From: Bdellovibrionota bacterium
GTDB taxonomy: Bacteria; Bdellovibrionota; UBA1018; CAIPTA01; JAALKR01
Direction of reading: 5' to 3'
Length of the DNA: 64,000 bases
Assembly (NCBI GenBank): GCA_965207455.1
Contig: CBDBMJ010000001.1
Coordinates: forward strand, 1,312,001 to 1,376,000
Both the position numbers and the translations under genes were made by a program. Shown piece after piece: positions 40,292 to 51,038 of this stretch. Below the pieces are notes generated by a model. That model ran no database searches. It had not been told where the DNA came from and was given only the letters and a program-made list of their open reading frames with translations. How positions within the stretch are numbered: the stretch's first letter is position 1; each line of letters begins with the position of its first letter.

Positions 40292-40903
40292 ATGGAACAT
40301 AATAAAACAACTCCAGATAGGAGAAATTTGGTACAAACCCCTGCCCCGGACTTCAAAGGCACTGCCGTAGTCGGTCAGGATTTTAAGGATATTCAACTAT
40401 CTAACTTTAAAGGCAAGTGGCTTTGCCTCTACTTTTACCCCCTGGACTTCACCTTTGTGTGTCCCACAGAAATCACAGCTTTTTCTGATCGCATGGACGA
40501 CTTTAAAAAGCTTAACTGCGAAGTTGTGGGCTGCTCAGTGGATAGTCAATTCTCCCACTTGGCATGGATTAACACACCTAGAAATAAGGGCGGGTTAGGC
40601 GAATTGCGTCATCCCCTGCTAGCAGACCTAGGTGGTACTATCGCAAAGGACTATCAGGTGCTTTTACCAGAGGGAATCGCACTGCGAGGGCTTTTCCTGA
40701 TCAATCCTAAGCAGGAGTTAATGTACCAGGTGGTGCATGCTCTAGGTGTCGGGCGCTCAGTAGAGGAAACACTTCGTGTTTTAGAGGCATTCCAACTGAA
40801 TGAGAAAACAGGAGAGGTTTGCCCTGCCAACTGGTCTAGGGATAATTCCAAGACTATGAAGCCAGACCCTAAAGGCTCACAGGAGTACTTTGGTGATCGC
40901 TAA
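40292..40903 (+). CDS. ahpC: 2-Cys peroxiredoxin (AhpC/Prx1)
   Basis: [13 protein letters not shown] and GEVCPANW. Confidence 0.93.
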   Translation: MEHNKTTPDRRNLVQTPAPDFKGTAVVGQDFKDIQLSNFKGKWLCLYFYPLDFTFVCPTEITAFSDRMDDFKKLNCEVVGCSVDSQFSHLAWINTPRNKGGLGELRHPLLADLGGTIAKDYQVLLPEGIALRGLFLINPKQELMYQVVHALGVGRSVEETLRVLEAFQLNEKTGEVCPANWSRDNSKTMKPDPKGSQEYFGDR

Positions 40904-40967
40904 GTAGCCGAGAATAAGTTGCCGAGTTCATCCCAGCATGTTCATGCCAGCATGGACTTGGTAGCTT

Positions 40968-41729
40968 TTATTTTTTCACTAGACCCATCTTTTTCGCTCG
41001 CCTAGCTTCTGCAGATTTGGGAGCTACTTGATTGAGCTCATTGGCAAAGAGAGCTCCTTGATCCCTTCTCCTTTTCTTTTGAAAAGACTCCGCAATCTTC
41101 AAGGTAGCCTTTCTCCAACTTTGACTTTTTTTAGAAGCTTTTTCATAAACCCGACTATAGGCAAGGATAGCCCTGTCGTACATTTTTTGAAAAAAGAGGG
41201 AATTGCCCAGGTAAAGATTGGCTTGGATATAATTTTTAGACCTGGGGTGCTTCTGAACAAAAGCTTGAAATTCCTTGCTAGCCCTTCCGTAGCTTCTTTT
41301 TTTATAATAGCCTAGAGCCCTAGCGAAAGACGGAGATTTTTTAGAACGTCGACTACTTCTAGTTGTTAGCTTTCGAATATTTTCTCTTTTTATTTTTTTG
41401 ATCTCCTCAAATAGAAGACGCTGTTTTTTTCGTATCTCTGCTTGCTGTAACTCCAACTTGGAAAAGCCCGCTGCAAGACCATTCAAAAGCTCCTGTTGCT
41501 TTTCTTTCTCTTTTTGTTGGCTGTGGAGAAATTCCTCCACTTTTCCTTGGATCTTTCCGATATTTGCCTGCATTTGATCCAGATTTTCTGAGTGCTCAGC
41601 TATATTCTGGTTCATATTTTTCTGTACTGTTTCCTGCTCCTTTTCCCGCGCCACGTCCGCATTTGTTTTAATACAAGCAGCACTAAGAAGGAGTAATAAG
41701 GATAGGATAGGAAATTTTATCTTATTCAT
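40968..41729 (-). CDS. cpoB: Tol-Pal TPR protein CpoB/YbgF-like
   Basis: Lipoprotein signal, coiled coil, TPR C-terminus ending APKSAEARRA; downstream of pal. Confidence 0.7.
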   Translation of the reverse strand: MNKIKFPILSLLLLLSAACIKTNADVAREKEQETVQKNMNQNIAEHSENLDQMQANIGKIQGKVEEFLHSQQKEKEKQQELLNGLAAGFSKLELQQAEIRKKQRLLFEEIKKIKRENIRKLTTRSSRRSKKSPSFARALGYYKKRSYGRASKEFQAFVQKHPRSKNYIQANLYLGNSLFFQKMYDRAILAYSRVYEKASKKSQSWRKATLKIAESFQKKRRRDQGALFANELNQVAPKSAEARRAKKMGLVKK

Positions 41730-42027
41730 CTTCGGGTTCCAGATCTTTAACGATGGAATGGAATTCTGCTTTCTCTGACAGTCGTCTTGTCCTCGAGGAT
41801 AGGATCTGAGCCAACTTAAAGTTCTTCAAGCGATAGGCCGCACGGGCCTGTAGGAGGCTATGGTAGGCCATTTGATAGTACTTAGGAGAGTTTGTCTCTG
41901 AGTTAGCATTTTTTGCAGCAAGAAAGGCAGCTTCTGCATAGGCCATTTGCTTATACGGTCTCAGGGATACCAGACCACAGCCACTGATGAGTATTGCCAA
42001 AGCTATCGTGATTGGCTTAAAAGGCAT
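41722..42027 (-). CDS. Small helical lipoprotein (DUF4398-like)
   Basis: LISGC lipobox; Ala-rich helices. Confidence 0.55.
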   Translation of the reverse strand: MPFKPITIALAILISGCGLVSLRPYKQMAYAEAAFLAAKNANSETNSPKYYQMAYHSLLQARAAYRLKNFKLAQILSSRTRRLSEKAEFHSIVKDLEPEDE

Positions 42028-42035
42028 TAATTCCT

Positions 42036-42527
42036 TTAGCGTGAGGTAATTCGGAAATTTCCTCTACGATTTTGGTAGTGACTGGCTGAAAGCAAGCGCG
42101 ATTTTCCATAGCTAATGGTTTCAATGCGTCCACCAGAAATGCCCATACGGATAAGGCGACGTCGAAGCGAATTCGCACGTCTCTCGCCTAAAGCTATATT
42201 GTACTGAATGCCTCCCCGCTCGTCGCAATGACCTTCAATTTGTACATTTAAGCTGGGATTATCACTTAAAACTTTATAATTATTCTCTAAAATACTCTCT
42301 CCATCACCCACTATGGAAGAGGAGTCCAGTGGGAAACGTACTGTTTGTAACCCCATGGCTTGACCAGAATCGCTATCCGCATCACCGTTTTCAATATCCT
42401 CGTCGGATACAAAACTGGACATAGGCATATCGTCAGAATCTACCATTCCTTTTTTTGCACAGCCCGGGGAAAATAAAACCATCATTAGTGTTGAACATAG
42501 TACCAGTAACCATTTTTGCTTTATCAT
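42036..42527 (-). CDS. pal: Peptidoglycan-associated lipoprotein (OmpA family)
   Basis: PGCAKK lipobox, IEGHCDERG, YNIALGERRA, ISYGK, NRR. Confidence 0.9.
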   Translation of the reverse strand: MIKQKWLLVLCSTLMMVLFSPGCAKKGMVDSDDMPMSSFVSDEDIENGDADSDSGQAMGLQTVRFPLDSSSIVGDGESILENNYKVLSDNPSLNVQIEGHCDERGGIQYNIALGERRANSLRRRLIRMGISGGRIETISYGKSRLLSASHYQNRRGNFRITSR

Positions 42528-42929
42528 AAAAATTAACCTCTTTTTAAAAACATCTTTGTTATAAATCTTACTGGAAAAAAACAAGAATTTCGAGAATATT
42601 TTTATTTTTTTTCTCTCATATCCCAAGCAAAACAAATAGAATGTTTGGAAAACAGTCGCTTGTAGTCCCAACATACACATTATATTGTATTTTAGCCTCT
42701 TTTTTTACACGGTAAAGTAAAAGTATAAAGTATCCCGGGAAAAAACCGATACAATTAAATAAGGAAAAGGTGATCGATTCATGTTTATAAAGATGAAAAA
42801 ACGGCTACTCTATACCAAAAAAAAGTTACGATTTTTTGGTTTTTTATGTCTTCACGAGTTGGAAATGCTATACAAGCTATGTAAGAAGGGCACACTGTCC
42901 ATAGCGCAACTCATAAAATTCACATTTTT

Positions 42930-43337
42930 TTAGGTGAGCCAAAGCTCTGGCCTGCCCGATCCATTCACACAGACAAAAACAAACTCCGACTGACAGATCA
43001 TTTTTCCTTTATTCGTTTCTTTTATACTTTTTTGCTGCTCGCTGTGACGGACCACAACCACATCTACAGTCATGGAGGTTTTTCCCATATGGGTACACTT
43101 ACACCATATTTCTAAAAAATCCCCTAAGTTGGCTGGCTGCTCGAATACCAGTTCGGATATTTTCTTCGTCACTGTCCTGTTTTTTTTTGTTTTTTTTCTG
43201 ACAAAAAGGGCCGACGCCTCATCCATCCAAGACACAAGCGTACCCCCAAAGATCGTTCCCGTAGAATTAAGTTCTTTATACATGACCATTTTTCGGTAAA
43301 TGCACTCATAGTCTTTTAAATTATTGATGGGCTCCAT
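42930..43337 (-). CDS. Hotdog-fold acyl-CoA thioesterase
   Basis: LNSTGTIFGG.LVSWMDE, GKTSM, FVFVCV. Confidence 0.88.
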   Translation of the reverse strand: MEPINNLKDYECIYRKMVMYKELNSTGTIFGGTLVSWMDEASALFVRKKTKKNRTVTKKISELVFEQPANLGDFLEIWCKCTHMGKTSMTVDVVVVRHSEQQKSIKETNKGKMICQSEFVFVCVNGSGRPELWLT

Positions 43338-43338
43338 A

Positions 43339-43914
43339 CTAAGATTTAACTTCTGGATGGCCTTGGCTCATATTTTGGAGGGTTTGGAGTACTTCCATGG
43401 CTTGTTTCTTTTTTTCTCCATCTAGCCCACTGTGGAGAGTTTCCATCTTTTTAAGCATCATGTTGACTGACTCTAACTCTTGCTTGTGACGCTCAAAAAT
43501 GGCACTGGACATTTCATTGAAACTTTGTGCGAGTTCCATGAAATTGTCGTGTTTACGAAACATAATATGACGATCCAAGACACCTTGCTTTACAGAAGAC
43601 ATTGCACTTTGTAATTTATACAAAGGACCCGCTATTTTATGGGAGTGAAATATGCTTAGAATTACCGCAGCAAATACTAGAAAAACCTCCATTATAATCA
43701 ATAGGGTGAAAAAATCACCTTTGCTGGCATTTAGTAATTCTAGGAGTTCAGGTTGATTTACCACCATTTCATGTTCGGTAACAAAATCAAACATGGCAAT
43801 CACAAAGATTGGCAACGCCAGACTAAAAACTATGAGGGCTAGAGTAAACAAACAGGTAAATTTGATTTGAAATTTTGGATTGATAAAGTACTGTCTTCTT
43901 CTACTGATGACCAT
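43339..43914 (-). CDS. Two-TM HAMP domain protein
   Basis: RRQYFINPKFQIKF, SHKIAGPLYKL, RKHD...ELAQSFN. Confidence 0.8.
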   Translation of the reverse strand: MVISRRRQYFINPKFQIKFTCLFTLALIVFSLALPIFVIAMFDFVTEHEMVVNQPELLELLNASKGDFFTLLIIMEVFLVFAAVILSIFHSHKIAGPLYKLQSAMSSVKQGVLDRHIMFRKHDNFMELAQSFNEMSSAIFERHKQELESVNMMLKKMETLHSGLDGEKKKQAMEVLQTLQNMSQGHPEVKS

Positions 43915-44038
43915 GGATTTTCCTTTACTTGGTTACTGTTTTCTATTGGTTCTTTAAAGTTTACCGCATTCCAAAGAGAACTGAAAACAATTTTTATCAC
44001 ATTCGTTAGCGTGTGATCCAGAGAAAGCAAGCTAGCTT

Positions 44039-45100
44039 TTATGGTGCTTGGCTAGGGGCAGGCAAAAGATTACGGACAAATTCTTCCGAAGAAAATGGTT
44101 TGAGGTCGCCTATGGTTTCCCCCACACCCACATACTGGATGGGAATTCCCAGTTCCGTAACAACGGAAAAGGCAGCCCCCCCCTTGGCAGACCCATCTAA
44201 TTTAGTAAGCACCACTGCGTCCACCTGTAGAGCCGCTGTAAACTCCTTGGCCTGAAAAAGGGCATTTTGCCCTAATGTGGCGTCAAGGACCAATAATACG
44301 CAGTGAGGGGCCGTGGGTATTTTTTTTTGTACCACACGACCTATTTTTTTTAGCTCATCCATGAGGTTCTCTTTTGTATGGAGCCGACCTGCTATATCAA
44401 TAATCACCTCGTCTATGTTTTTGGAGATCCCCATGCTTACCGCCTCAAAGGCCACTGCTGCGGGCGTGGCAGATTTTGCAGGTGCCACACATTCAACCCC
44501 AACCCGTTTTGCCCATACCTGGAGTTGCTCCACGGCTGCTGCCCGAAAGGTATCTGCCGCTCCCAGGATCACAGTCCTTCCCTCCATTTTTTTTTGATAG
44601 GCGAGTTTTCCAGCAGTGGTTGTTTTTCCTGAACCATTGACCCCGATGAGCAGTGTGACCCGTGGGGAGTGGCTTGTTGTTTCGGTTTCTTGTTTATTTG
44701 ACTGTTTACTTGGCTGAGGGAGAGCCTCCAGCATATGAGTATGAATTCTCGATATAAGGTAATCCTTGCTGGGTTTTTCCTTACAATCCTCTTTCAACTT
44801 CTCCAGTAGGATTTGGCTCATCCTAGGACCCATGTCTGACGACAATAGTACTTCCTCCAAGGTTTCCCAAAGGGGGTGACCGGGGTTCCATCCCTCTTCC
44901 CCTGAAAGGGTTTCCCAGACCTGTTGGAGTCGACCAAGGAAGGGAGTCCTTGTTTTTTGTAGAGTATGTTTCCAGTTAACTTGCCCGCTTATTTCTCCCT
45001 TGCCCTTCCGCATACGAGGAATCTTATTGCGAAAGAAAAGGAATCCAAAAACAACCAGTACAACAGGCACCACAACTAGGATCGGAAAAAACTGCTCCAT
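44039..45100 (-). CDS. ftsY: SRP receptor FtsY
   Basis: GVNGSGKTTT, DTFRAAA, DIAGR, TKLDGSAKGG. Confidence 0.96.
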   Translation of the reverse strand: MEQFFPILVVVPVVLVVFGFLFFRNKIPRMRKGKGEISGQVNWKHTLQKTRTPFLGRLQQVWETLSGEEGWNPGHPLWETLEEVLLSSDMGPRMSQILLEKLKEDCKEKPSKDYLISRIHTHMLEALPQPSKQSNKQETETTSHSPRVTLLIGVNGSGKTTTAGKLAYQKKMEGRTVILGAADTFRAAAVEQLQVWAKRVGVECVAPAKSATPAAVAFEAVSMGISKNIDEVIIDIAGRLHTKENLMDELKKIGRVVQKKIPTAPHCVLLVLDATLGQNALFQAKEFTAALQVDAVVLTKLDGSAKGGAAFSVVTELGIPIQYVGVGETIGDLKPFSSEEFVRNLLPAPSQAP

Positions 45101-45169
45101 AGAATCCCTTATACCTAAACAAAAGCAATAAGCCTAGCCGCTGCGGGCACTTATGGAGGAAAGGTCGGC

Positions 45170-46804
45170 TTACTGTAATTTCACTTCAACACGAATACCT
45201 AGGTGGTCAGATGGCCAACGGAGCTTCCCATTAACCTCCACCTTATCTTGCTCTTGGTCCCCAAGAAACTGAACAGAAAGTACAGAAAGTGCTGTGTGGG
45301 TATCTGTGGAGGAGCCCTTATGACCAGAAAAATGCATAATATTGTCAATCTGACCATCACTCATGGAACCGTCCCCTATCAAATTTTCTTCACGACAGCA
45401 GGTTGAAACCTCAGTATCGGGATCGCTAACCAGATCCACAAAGCCACCCTCTTGTAGTACGTCGTAGGCTCTTAGAGATGTAGGTGCCCCACCAAATGCA
45501 AGCGTCTGACTAGAGCTAGTCGTCTTATCAAGCTTAGGAGAGTTTAGGTCTCCCAGTAAGAAAACAGGAACTTCGGGGTTAGAAAGATATTTCTCTTCTT
45601 TTAAGTAACTCAGCAATTCAATAGCTTGCCTCTTCCTGTCACCTTGTTGATTTTCATCTTGTAAATGTGTGTTTACCACAGTAAAATGAATACCGTTCTT
45701 TTTTAGGACAGCTATGCCTACGGTACGAGTAAACTTCAACAGGGTACCTCCATTCTTGATGTCCTTTTCAGTAAGTTTTACTCCCATCATTATGGATGAG
45801 TTCCCAAGTATATGCGTAAAATGGGATTCTCCCGGCCAAATTTGCAGAGCAAATTGATTTTCTTTTGCGTATGAATGTGACTCCCAAGACTCCACCTCAA
45901 TGCCCTCCTTCACCAGAACTACGTTGTCTAAGTTAAAGGTAATTTTGTCACATTTAGCAACACAATCAGAAATTTCGAGCTGGGTTGCTTGGGAAACCAA
46001 GCTTTTGTATTCAGCACCAGAAATCTCTCTTAAGGAATCTTTCAAGTTTTTTAGAAAATTAAGTACTTCTGTTTTCTTCCCATCCGCATCTGTTGTCCAG
46101 ACCGTTACAACCTCTTGCAAAGCAATCACGTCGGGAGCAAATTTGCCTACACCATCTTCCGTCCCATCACTGGTCATGGATATAGCAAGCCCCTCGGCTC
46201 GCTCAGAAAAATTAGTGCTTTTAATCCTTTCGAGAAGTTCAGAGGGAAGCGTACCCTTAATTAGTGGTTCTGTATCTGCTCCCAAGTAGAGATTCTGGGT
46301 AAGCATGGAGAAATTGACGGATTTTTCTTCTTCGGTAGCTGCTGCCACATGAGTATCTTGCTTTATTACTCCTGCCTCATCCTCTGTTTTCATTAATTCA
46401 GGAAAATGTTCTTGGAGAAATTCGGGGTCTATTTCTTCCTCCCCTGAAGCTATTTTTTTGATAGCTTCTACCGCATCAGGATTTTGCTTTATTGTTTTTA
46501 TTAATTTCTTCCTTGCTTCTGGATCTTCTGATATTGCCTCGATTATTCCTGATCCTACTTTTTCCCCTACCCTCACGAATCCATCGAGAATTTGGTGGAG
46601 AATGTCTCCAAGCATGTCTCCCGAACTTGACTCCACTTCCTCTACTGCGGCTGTTTCTTCAGTAGCTGCTGGTACATGGGAATTCTCGCTGACAGAGGAC
46701 GAATCCACAGGTTTTTCTGGCTCTTTCGCAGATTTTGCACAACCAGCAAAGAAAAGGATCAAAAACAGACCCATCATATTTATTTTTACATTTTGATATT
46801 TCAT
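45170..46804 (-). CDS. Endonuclease/exonuclease/phosphatase (EEP) family lipoprotein
   Basis: FAGC lipobox; TQNLYLG, DVIALQEV, NTHL, GDLN, IDNI, PSDH. Confidence 0.85.
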   Translation of the reverse strand: MKYQNVKINMMGLFLILFFAGCAKSAKEPEKPVDSSSVSENSHVPAATEETAAVEEVESSSGDMLGDILHQILDGFVRVGEKVGSGIIEAISEDPEARKKLIKTIKQNPDAVEAIKKIASGEEEIDPEFLQEHFPELMKTEDEAGVIKQDTHVAAATEEEKSVNFSMLTQNLYLGADTEPLIKGTLPSELLERIKSTNFSERAEGLAISMTSDGTEDGVGKFAPDVIALQEVVTVWTTDADGKKTEVLNFLKNLKDSLREISGAEYKSLVSQATQLEISDCVAKCDKITFNLDNVVLVKEGIEVESWESHSYAKENQFALQIWPGESHFTHILGNSSIMMGVKLTEKDIKNGGTLLKFTRTVGIAVLKKNGIHFTVVNTHLQDENQQGDRKRQAIELLSYLKEEKYLSNPEVPVFLLGDLNSPKLDKTTSSSQTLAFGGAPTSLRAYDVLQEGGFVDLVSDPDTEVSTCCREENLIGDGSMSDGQIDNIMHFSGHKGSSTDTHTALSVLSVQFLGDQEQDKVEVNGKLRWPSDHLGIRVEVKLQ

Positions 46805-47213
46805 TACGTTACTCCTTTGTTATTTATATTGTTAATTCGTCCGCCTATAATCTAGCAGAATTAATGCGATATGTCAATATGTTTTTCTTATTTTTCCCAA
46901 ATGGACCATAAAACCAAAATTCCTTTGAAAACAGTAAGTTACGATTCATGACCCCCATTTGAACTAGACACCTCCTAATCAATGAGGAGATATAGAGCAA
47001 TTTTTTTAGAGACAGCTCCAACCAGAGAAATCTATTTTACTTTGTTTTACTTTGAGGATTTTCTCAGTAATAGACTGAGGAGCTTGAAAAGAATACTTTT
47101 GTAGAGAGTTTTCTAAGTCTCTAAGAATACGTTGCATTTCCTCGTAGAAGCCACAATGAACTTTCCTTTGCTCCCTACAGACTCAGAAAATAAGTTGACT
47201 TTGCTAAGCAACT

Positions 47214-47984
47214 ATGGCTATATGTTGCATAATGAAAATATTGCGACGCATAATTTCCGAAAAAAGAGCCAAGATCCTTCGTCCCCTCATCCCAGCGATC
47301 CTGCTCTTCATTCCTGGAATTCTTTCGACCTCGGTCGCTTCGGCCTCGGTCGCCTCCCCCTCCCGGGCCAATTTTTTAAAGGCTCCCCAAGTATGCGCTA
47401 TCCAGGGTATTGAAAAGTCCATGCAAGGAGTATTTCCCAAGGGTGTGCCCACCCGTTTGCCCGATTTTCTAACGAAAAGTATGGGGGTTTCCCCCAAGCA
47501 ATCAAAGCGACTTGCCCGTCACCTGCTGATCCTATCCCGTCGGTATGGGTTTTCTCCTAATCTCATTTTGGGGGTCATCTATGTGGAGAGTTCTTTTCGC
47601 TTACGAGGGAAATCTTGGGCAGGAGCGTTGGGATTAATGCAATTATTGCCCAGTACTGCCCGTTCCATGGTAAAAAGATTAGGCTTAAAAAAGAAATGGA
47701 CTAAGATGGGTCACCGTATGCTCTTTCATCCCCAACATAATATCACCCTAGGAGTGCACTATTTATCCATACTACGGGACCGCTATTTTAAAGATCCCAG
47801 GCACTATATTACTGCCTATAATACAGGTCCCACAATGTTACGAAGTCTTTTAAAGCGAAAAAAAATGAATCATTTTTGCTACTACCATAAGGTTTTAGAG
47901 GCTAAAAATTATTTCCAGAAAACACTCCAAATAAAAACGAAGGGACTCTTTGCTTGGGGGAATGGTCGATGGGAAAATCCTTAA
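47214..47984 (+). CDS. Lytic transglycosylase (SLT domain); start may be 47232
   Basis: VESSF catalytic Glu, GALGLMQL, AYNTGP. Confidence 0.9.
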   Translation: MAICCIMKILRRIISEKRAKILRPLIPAILLFIPGILSTSVASASVASPSRANFLKAPQVCAIQGIEKSMQGVFPKGVPTRLPDFLTKSMGVSPKQSKRLARHLLILSRRYGFSPNLILGVIYVESSFRLRGKSWAGALGLMQLLPSTARSMVKRLGLKKKWTKMGHRMLFHPQHNITLGVHYLSILRDRYFKDPRHYITAYNTGPTMLRSLLKRKKMNHFCYYHKVLEAKNYFQKTLQIKTKGLFAWGNGRWENP

Positions 47985-48619
47985 TTCTTCTATCCGGTGG
48001 GCTGGACTCTGCCCTAAATTTAGCCCTAGCTGCGAAAGAAAAAAAAGCAAGCCTAGCTTTAACGTTCTCCTATGGGCAAAAAGCTCAAGAGCCTGAGATA
48101 GAGGCAGCTCAGTTCCTAGCTGACTACTATAAAGTGCCTTGGCAGGTGCTAAATATTGATTGGTTAGGGAGGATTCATAAAAACGCGTTGACGGAAAAGA
48201 GTTGCCCCCTGCCCCATCTATCCCTTGCCGAATTGGACAGTAAGGAAAAAACTCGTCAAAGTGCGGCTGCTGTATGGGTTGCCAATCGTAATGGTCTCTT
48301 TTTAAATATTGGGGCTTCTTTTGCAGAGGCTATGGGCATGGATACAATCTTGGTGGGGTTTAATCAGGAGGAGGCCAGCACCTTTCCCGATAACTCTAGT
48401 GATTATGTGGAGGCCATAAATAGGGCTTTTTCCTTTTCCACCTTGAAAAAAGTTCGTGTTCAGTCCTATACCTTAGATTGGGACAAAAAAAAGATTCTAT
48501 CTATGGCTAGGCAGATGGATGTGCCTTTGGACAAGATTTGGTTTTGTTATGGTATGGGTCCCGAGCCTTGTGGGCTTTGTGAAAGTTGCGTGCGTTTTCA
48601 GCGAGCAAAGGAGGAGTGA
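47969..48619 (+). CDS. queC: 7-cyano-7-deazaguanine synthase
   Basis: SGGLDS, YGQ, VWVANRN, FPDNS, CY...PCGLCESC. Confidence 0.92.
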   Translation: MGKSLILLSGGLDSALNLALAAKEKKASLALTFSYGQKAQEPEIEAAQFLADYYKVPWQVLNIDWLGRIHKNALTEKSCPLPHLSLAELDSKEKTRQSAAAVWVANRNGLFLNIGASFAEAMGMDTILVGFNQEEASTFPDNSSDYVEAINRAFSFSTLKKVRVQSYTLDWDKKKILSMARQMDVPLDKIWFCYGMGPEPCGLCESCVRFQRAKEE

Positions 48620-49194
48620 TGGGTTTTCATATTCAGTGGTTAGAGGAGGTATTGCCTTATACGGGTGTGGAGCTTCGTCCGCAGTGGTTATCTGAGCGCA
48701 CGGGGGTGTTTTCCTCTTCATTGGTTGCTTTCCGTGGTCCTTGTTTGGTGCCAACTGAGGCATTGGTGGACGCAGAGGATGTCCAACAGGAGGCGAGAAT
48801 CCAATCGAAAGAAATGCTGCATTTTTTAGGGGAGTTCTTCCATGAGGACTTGCGTTTGAGTGTGGCTCGTCAGCGCCTTCTTGTGGCTCTCTTTTGTGAG
48901 ACCATTAGGAAGCATGCCCCAAGGGATGGTGAGTTCCGACGTTTCGGAGATGATATTTATTATTGTTCCCAGCAGGGTCGGAAAAAATTGACGGTTTCCA
49001 TTGTTACTGCCAGCCCTGTTTCCACTTTGCTCCATTTTGGGGTAAATATAGATCCTAGTGGGGCACCGCTGCCTGCCATTGGTTTACAGGAGTTTTCTAT
49101 TGACCCCAAGGATCTAGCTTTGGAGATTTTAGAGAAATGGAAAGAGGAGCTTTGCTCCCAAGAGCAAGCTTGTTGTAAAGTATATCCACGTTAG
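48619..49194 (+). CDS. DUF366 family protein
   Basis: AFRGPC, LVDAED, MLHF..E, QRLL, GDDIY, KLTVSI, HFGVN. Confidence 0.8.
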   Translation: MGFHIQWLEEVLPYTGVELRPQWLSERTGVFSSSLVAFRGPCLVPTEALVDAEDVQQEARIQSKEMLHFLGEFFHEDLRLSVARQRLLVALFCETIRKHAPRDGEFRRFGDDIYYCSQQGRKKLTVSIVTASPVSTLLHFGVNIDPSGAPLPAIGLQEFSIDPKDLALEILEKWKEELCSQEQACCKVYPR

Positions 49195-49208
49195 GGGGAG
49201 GAGAAAAA

Positions 49209-50318
49209 ATGATTCTTGCGAAAAAGCCTCAGCTAGGTAGTTTGGCATCTTATATTCAAGAGGCGAGTACTTATGTGCCGGGGAAACCTGTGGAAGAGTT
49301 AGAGCGTGAGTTTGGTGTTTTTGATGTGGTGAAGTTGGCTTCCAACGAAAACCCTTTGGGTCCTTCTCCCAAGGCTCAGGAAGCGATGGCGACGGTGGGG
49401 AAGTCCATTTGTTTATATCCCGATGCGAACCATTATTATTTACGTCAGCAGCTTGCAGAGAAGAATAATTTAAGTATTGACGAGGTAATTATTGGTAATG
49501 GTTCCAACGAGATCATGGATTTTCTCATTCGTGCTTTTTGTGTTCCCGGCGACAATATTCTTAGTTGTAATGCTGCTTTTATTGCCTATCGTATTTGCAC
49601 CAAAATACATGGTGTGGAATACCGGGAGCCAGACTCCAGCACTCCTAAGGAAGAGCTTTCACAGATGTTAAAAATGATGGATGCTCGCACTCGTCTGATT
49701 TTTCTACCGAATCCCAACAATCCCACTGGCACCTACATCAATCGGGATTTACTTGTAAAATATATGGAAAATTTAAAAAACAAAAATGTAATTGTGGTAT
49801 TGGATTACGCCTATTGGGAGTATGTGCGTACCGATGATTTTATGGATCCCATGGAGATTTATCGAACCTTTCCGAATATTATTATTTTGCGTACATTTTC
49901 AAAAATTTATGGTCTAGCTGCTTTACGCATAGGATATGGCTTTGCCCACCCAGATATTTTAGCGCCTCTACATAAAATAAAGATGCCATTTAACGTAAAT
50001 AGTCTCGCCTTAAAGGCAGCTGAGGCGGCGTTAGGGGATACTGAGCACTTGCGCTTGTCCTATGAGGTAAATGAGGAGGGAATGGACTATCTTACCCAGG
50101 AGTTGGATCGTTTAGGTTTATCCCATAGGCCCAGTCAAGCGAATTTTATTTTAGTGGATTATAAAAAATCTGTTCAGGACTTATATCCCAAGCTGCTCCA
50201 GGAGGGTGTGATTATTCGTCCCATGGATCCTTACGGTTTTCCCACCCAAATGCGTGTCTCCATTGGAAAAAAGGAACACAATAAGAAATTCATTACTTCT
50301 TTGGAAAAATTTCTATGA
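49209..50318 (+). CDS. hisC: Histidinol-phosphate aminotransferase
   Basis: YVPGK, KLASNENP, PNNPTG, RTFSKIYGLAALRIGY. Confidence 0.93.
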   Translation: MILAKKPQLGSLASYIQEASTYVPGKPVEELEREFGVFDVVKLASNENPLGPSPKAQEAMATVGKSICLYPDANHYYLRQQLAEKNNLSIDEVIIGNGSNEIMDFLIRAFCVPGDNILSCNAAFIAYRICTKIHGVEYREPDSSTPKEELSQMLKMMDARTRLIFLPNPNNPTGTYINRDLLVKYMENLKNKNVIVVLDYAYWEYVRTDDFMDPMEIYRTFPNIIILRTFSKIYGLAALRIGYGFAHPDILAPLHKIKMPFNVNSLALKAAEAALGDTEHLRLSYEVNEEGMDYLTQELDRLGLSHRPSQANFILVDYKKSVQDLYPKLLQEGVIIRPMDPYGFPTQMRVSIGKKEHNKKFITSLEKFL

Positions 50319-51034
50319 GTACGGTTATTCATAGGCGAACCAAGCCCATTGTGGCTATTGACGGAGGTGCTGGAAGTGGAAAAACAACAGTGGCTGCTGC
50401 TTTAGCCAAGCAGTTTCAATTTACTTATATTAGCACGGGAACGATTTATCGAGCGGTGGCTCTATTTTTTTTAGAAAATAATATGGATCTTGGGCAGGAA
50501 AAAGAATTGGAGATGGCAAAGATAAAGGATAAGATAACGTTTCGGTTTGCTGGTGGTGAGACTCGAATTTTTTTGCATGGTCGAGATGTTTCCAACGAGA
50601 TTCATTCCAGGGAGATTAGCAATGGTGCTTCCATGGTTTCCTCTTATGCTAGAGTGCGATCTGCGCTCTTGGACCTACAGCGGAATCTGGGCAAGGCAGG
50701 TGGCGTTATTATGGATGGTAGGGATATTGGAACCGTGGTTTTTCCCGATGCGGAGGTAAAGGTTTTCTTAAAGGCTTCCCTAAGGGATCGTTCCATTCGT
50801 CGAGCAAAGGAGTTGGAGGATAGAGCACGGGCAAGTGGACATTCCTTAACGGTAAATATTCAAGAAATAGAAATGGAAATTCAAGAGAGAGACAAAAGGG
50901 ACAGTGAGCGTGAGTTTGCCCCATTAAAAAAAGCCCATGACGCTATTGCTGTGGATACTTCTGGGATTACAGTGCAACAGGTGGTGGGGAAGATTGTTCC
51001 CATGGTAGAGTTAAAAATAAAGAGTATGGAGTGA
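50315..51034 (+). CDS. cmk: Cytidylate kinase
   Basis: IDGGAGSGKTT, TGTIYR, MDGRDIGTVVFPDA. Confidence 0.95.
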   Translation: MSTVIHRRTKPIVAIDGGAGSGKTTVAAALAKQFQFTYISTGTIYRAVALFFLENNMDLGQEKELEMAKIKDKITFRFAGGETRIFLHGRDVSNEIHSREISNGASMVSSYARVRSALLDLQRNLGKAGGVIMDGRDIGTVVFPDAEVKVFLKASLRDRSIRRAKELEDRARASGHSLTVNIQEIEMEIQERDKRDSEREFAPLKKAHDAIAVDTSGITVQQVVGKIVPMVELKIKSME

Positions 51035-51038
51035 TCGT

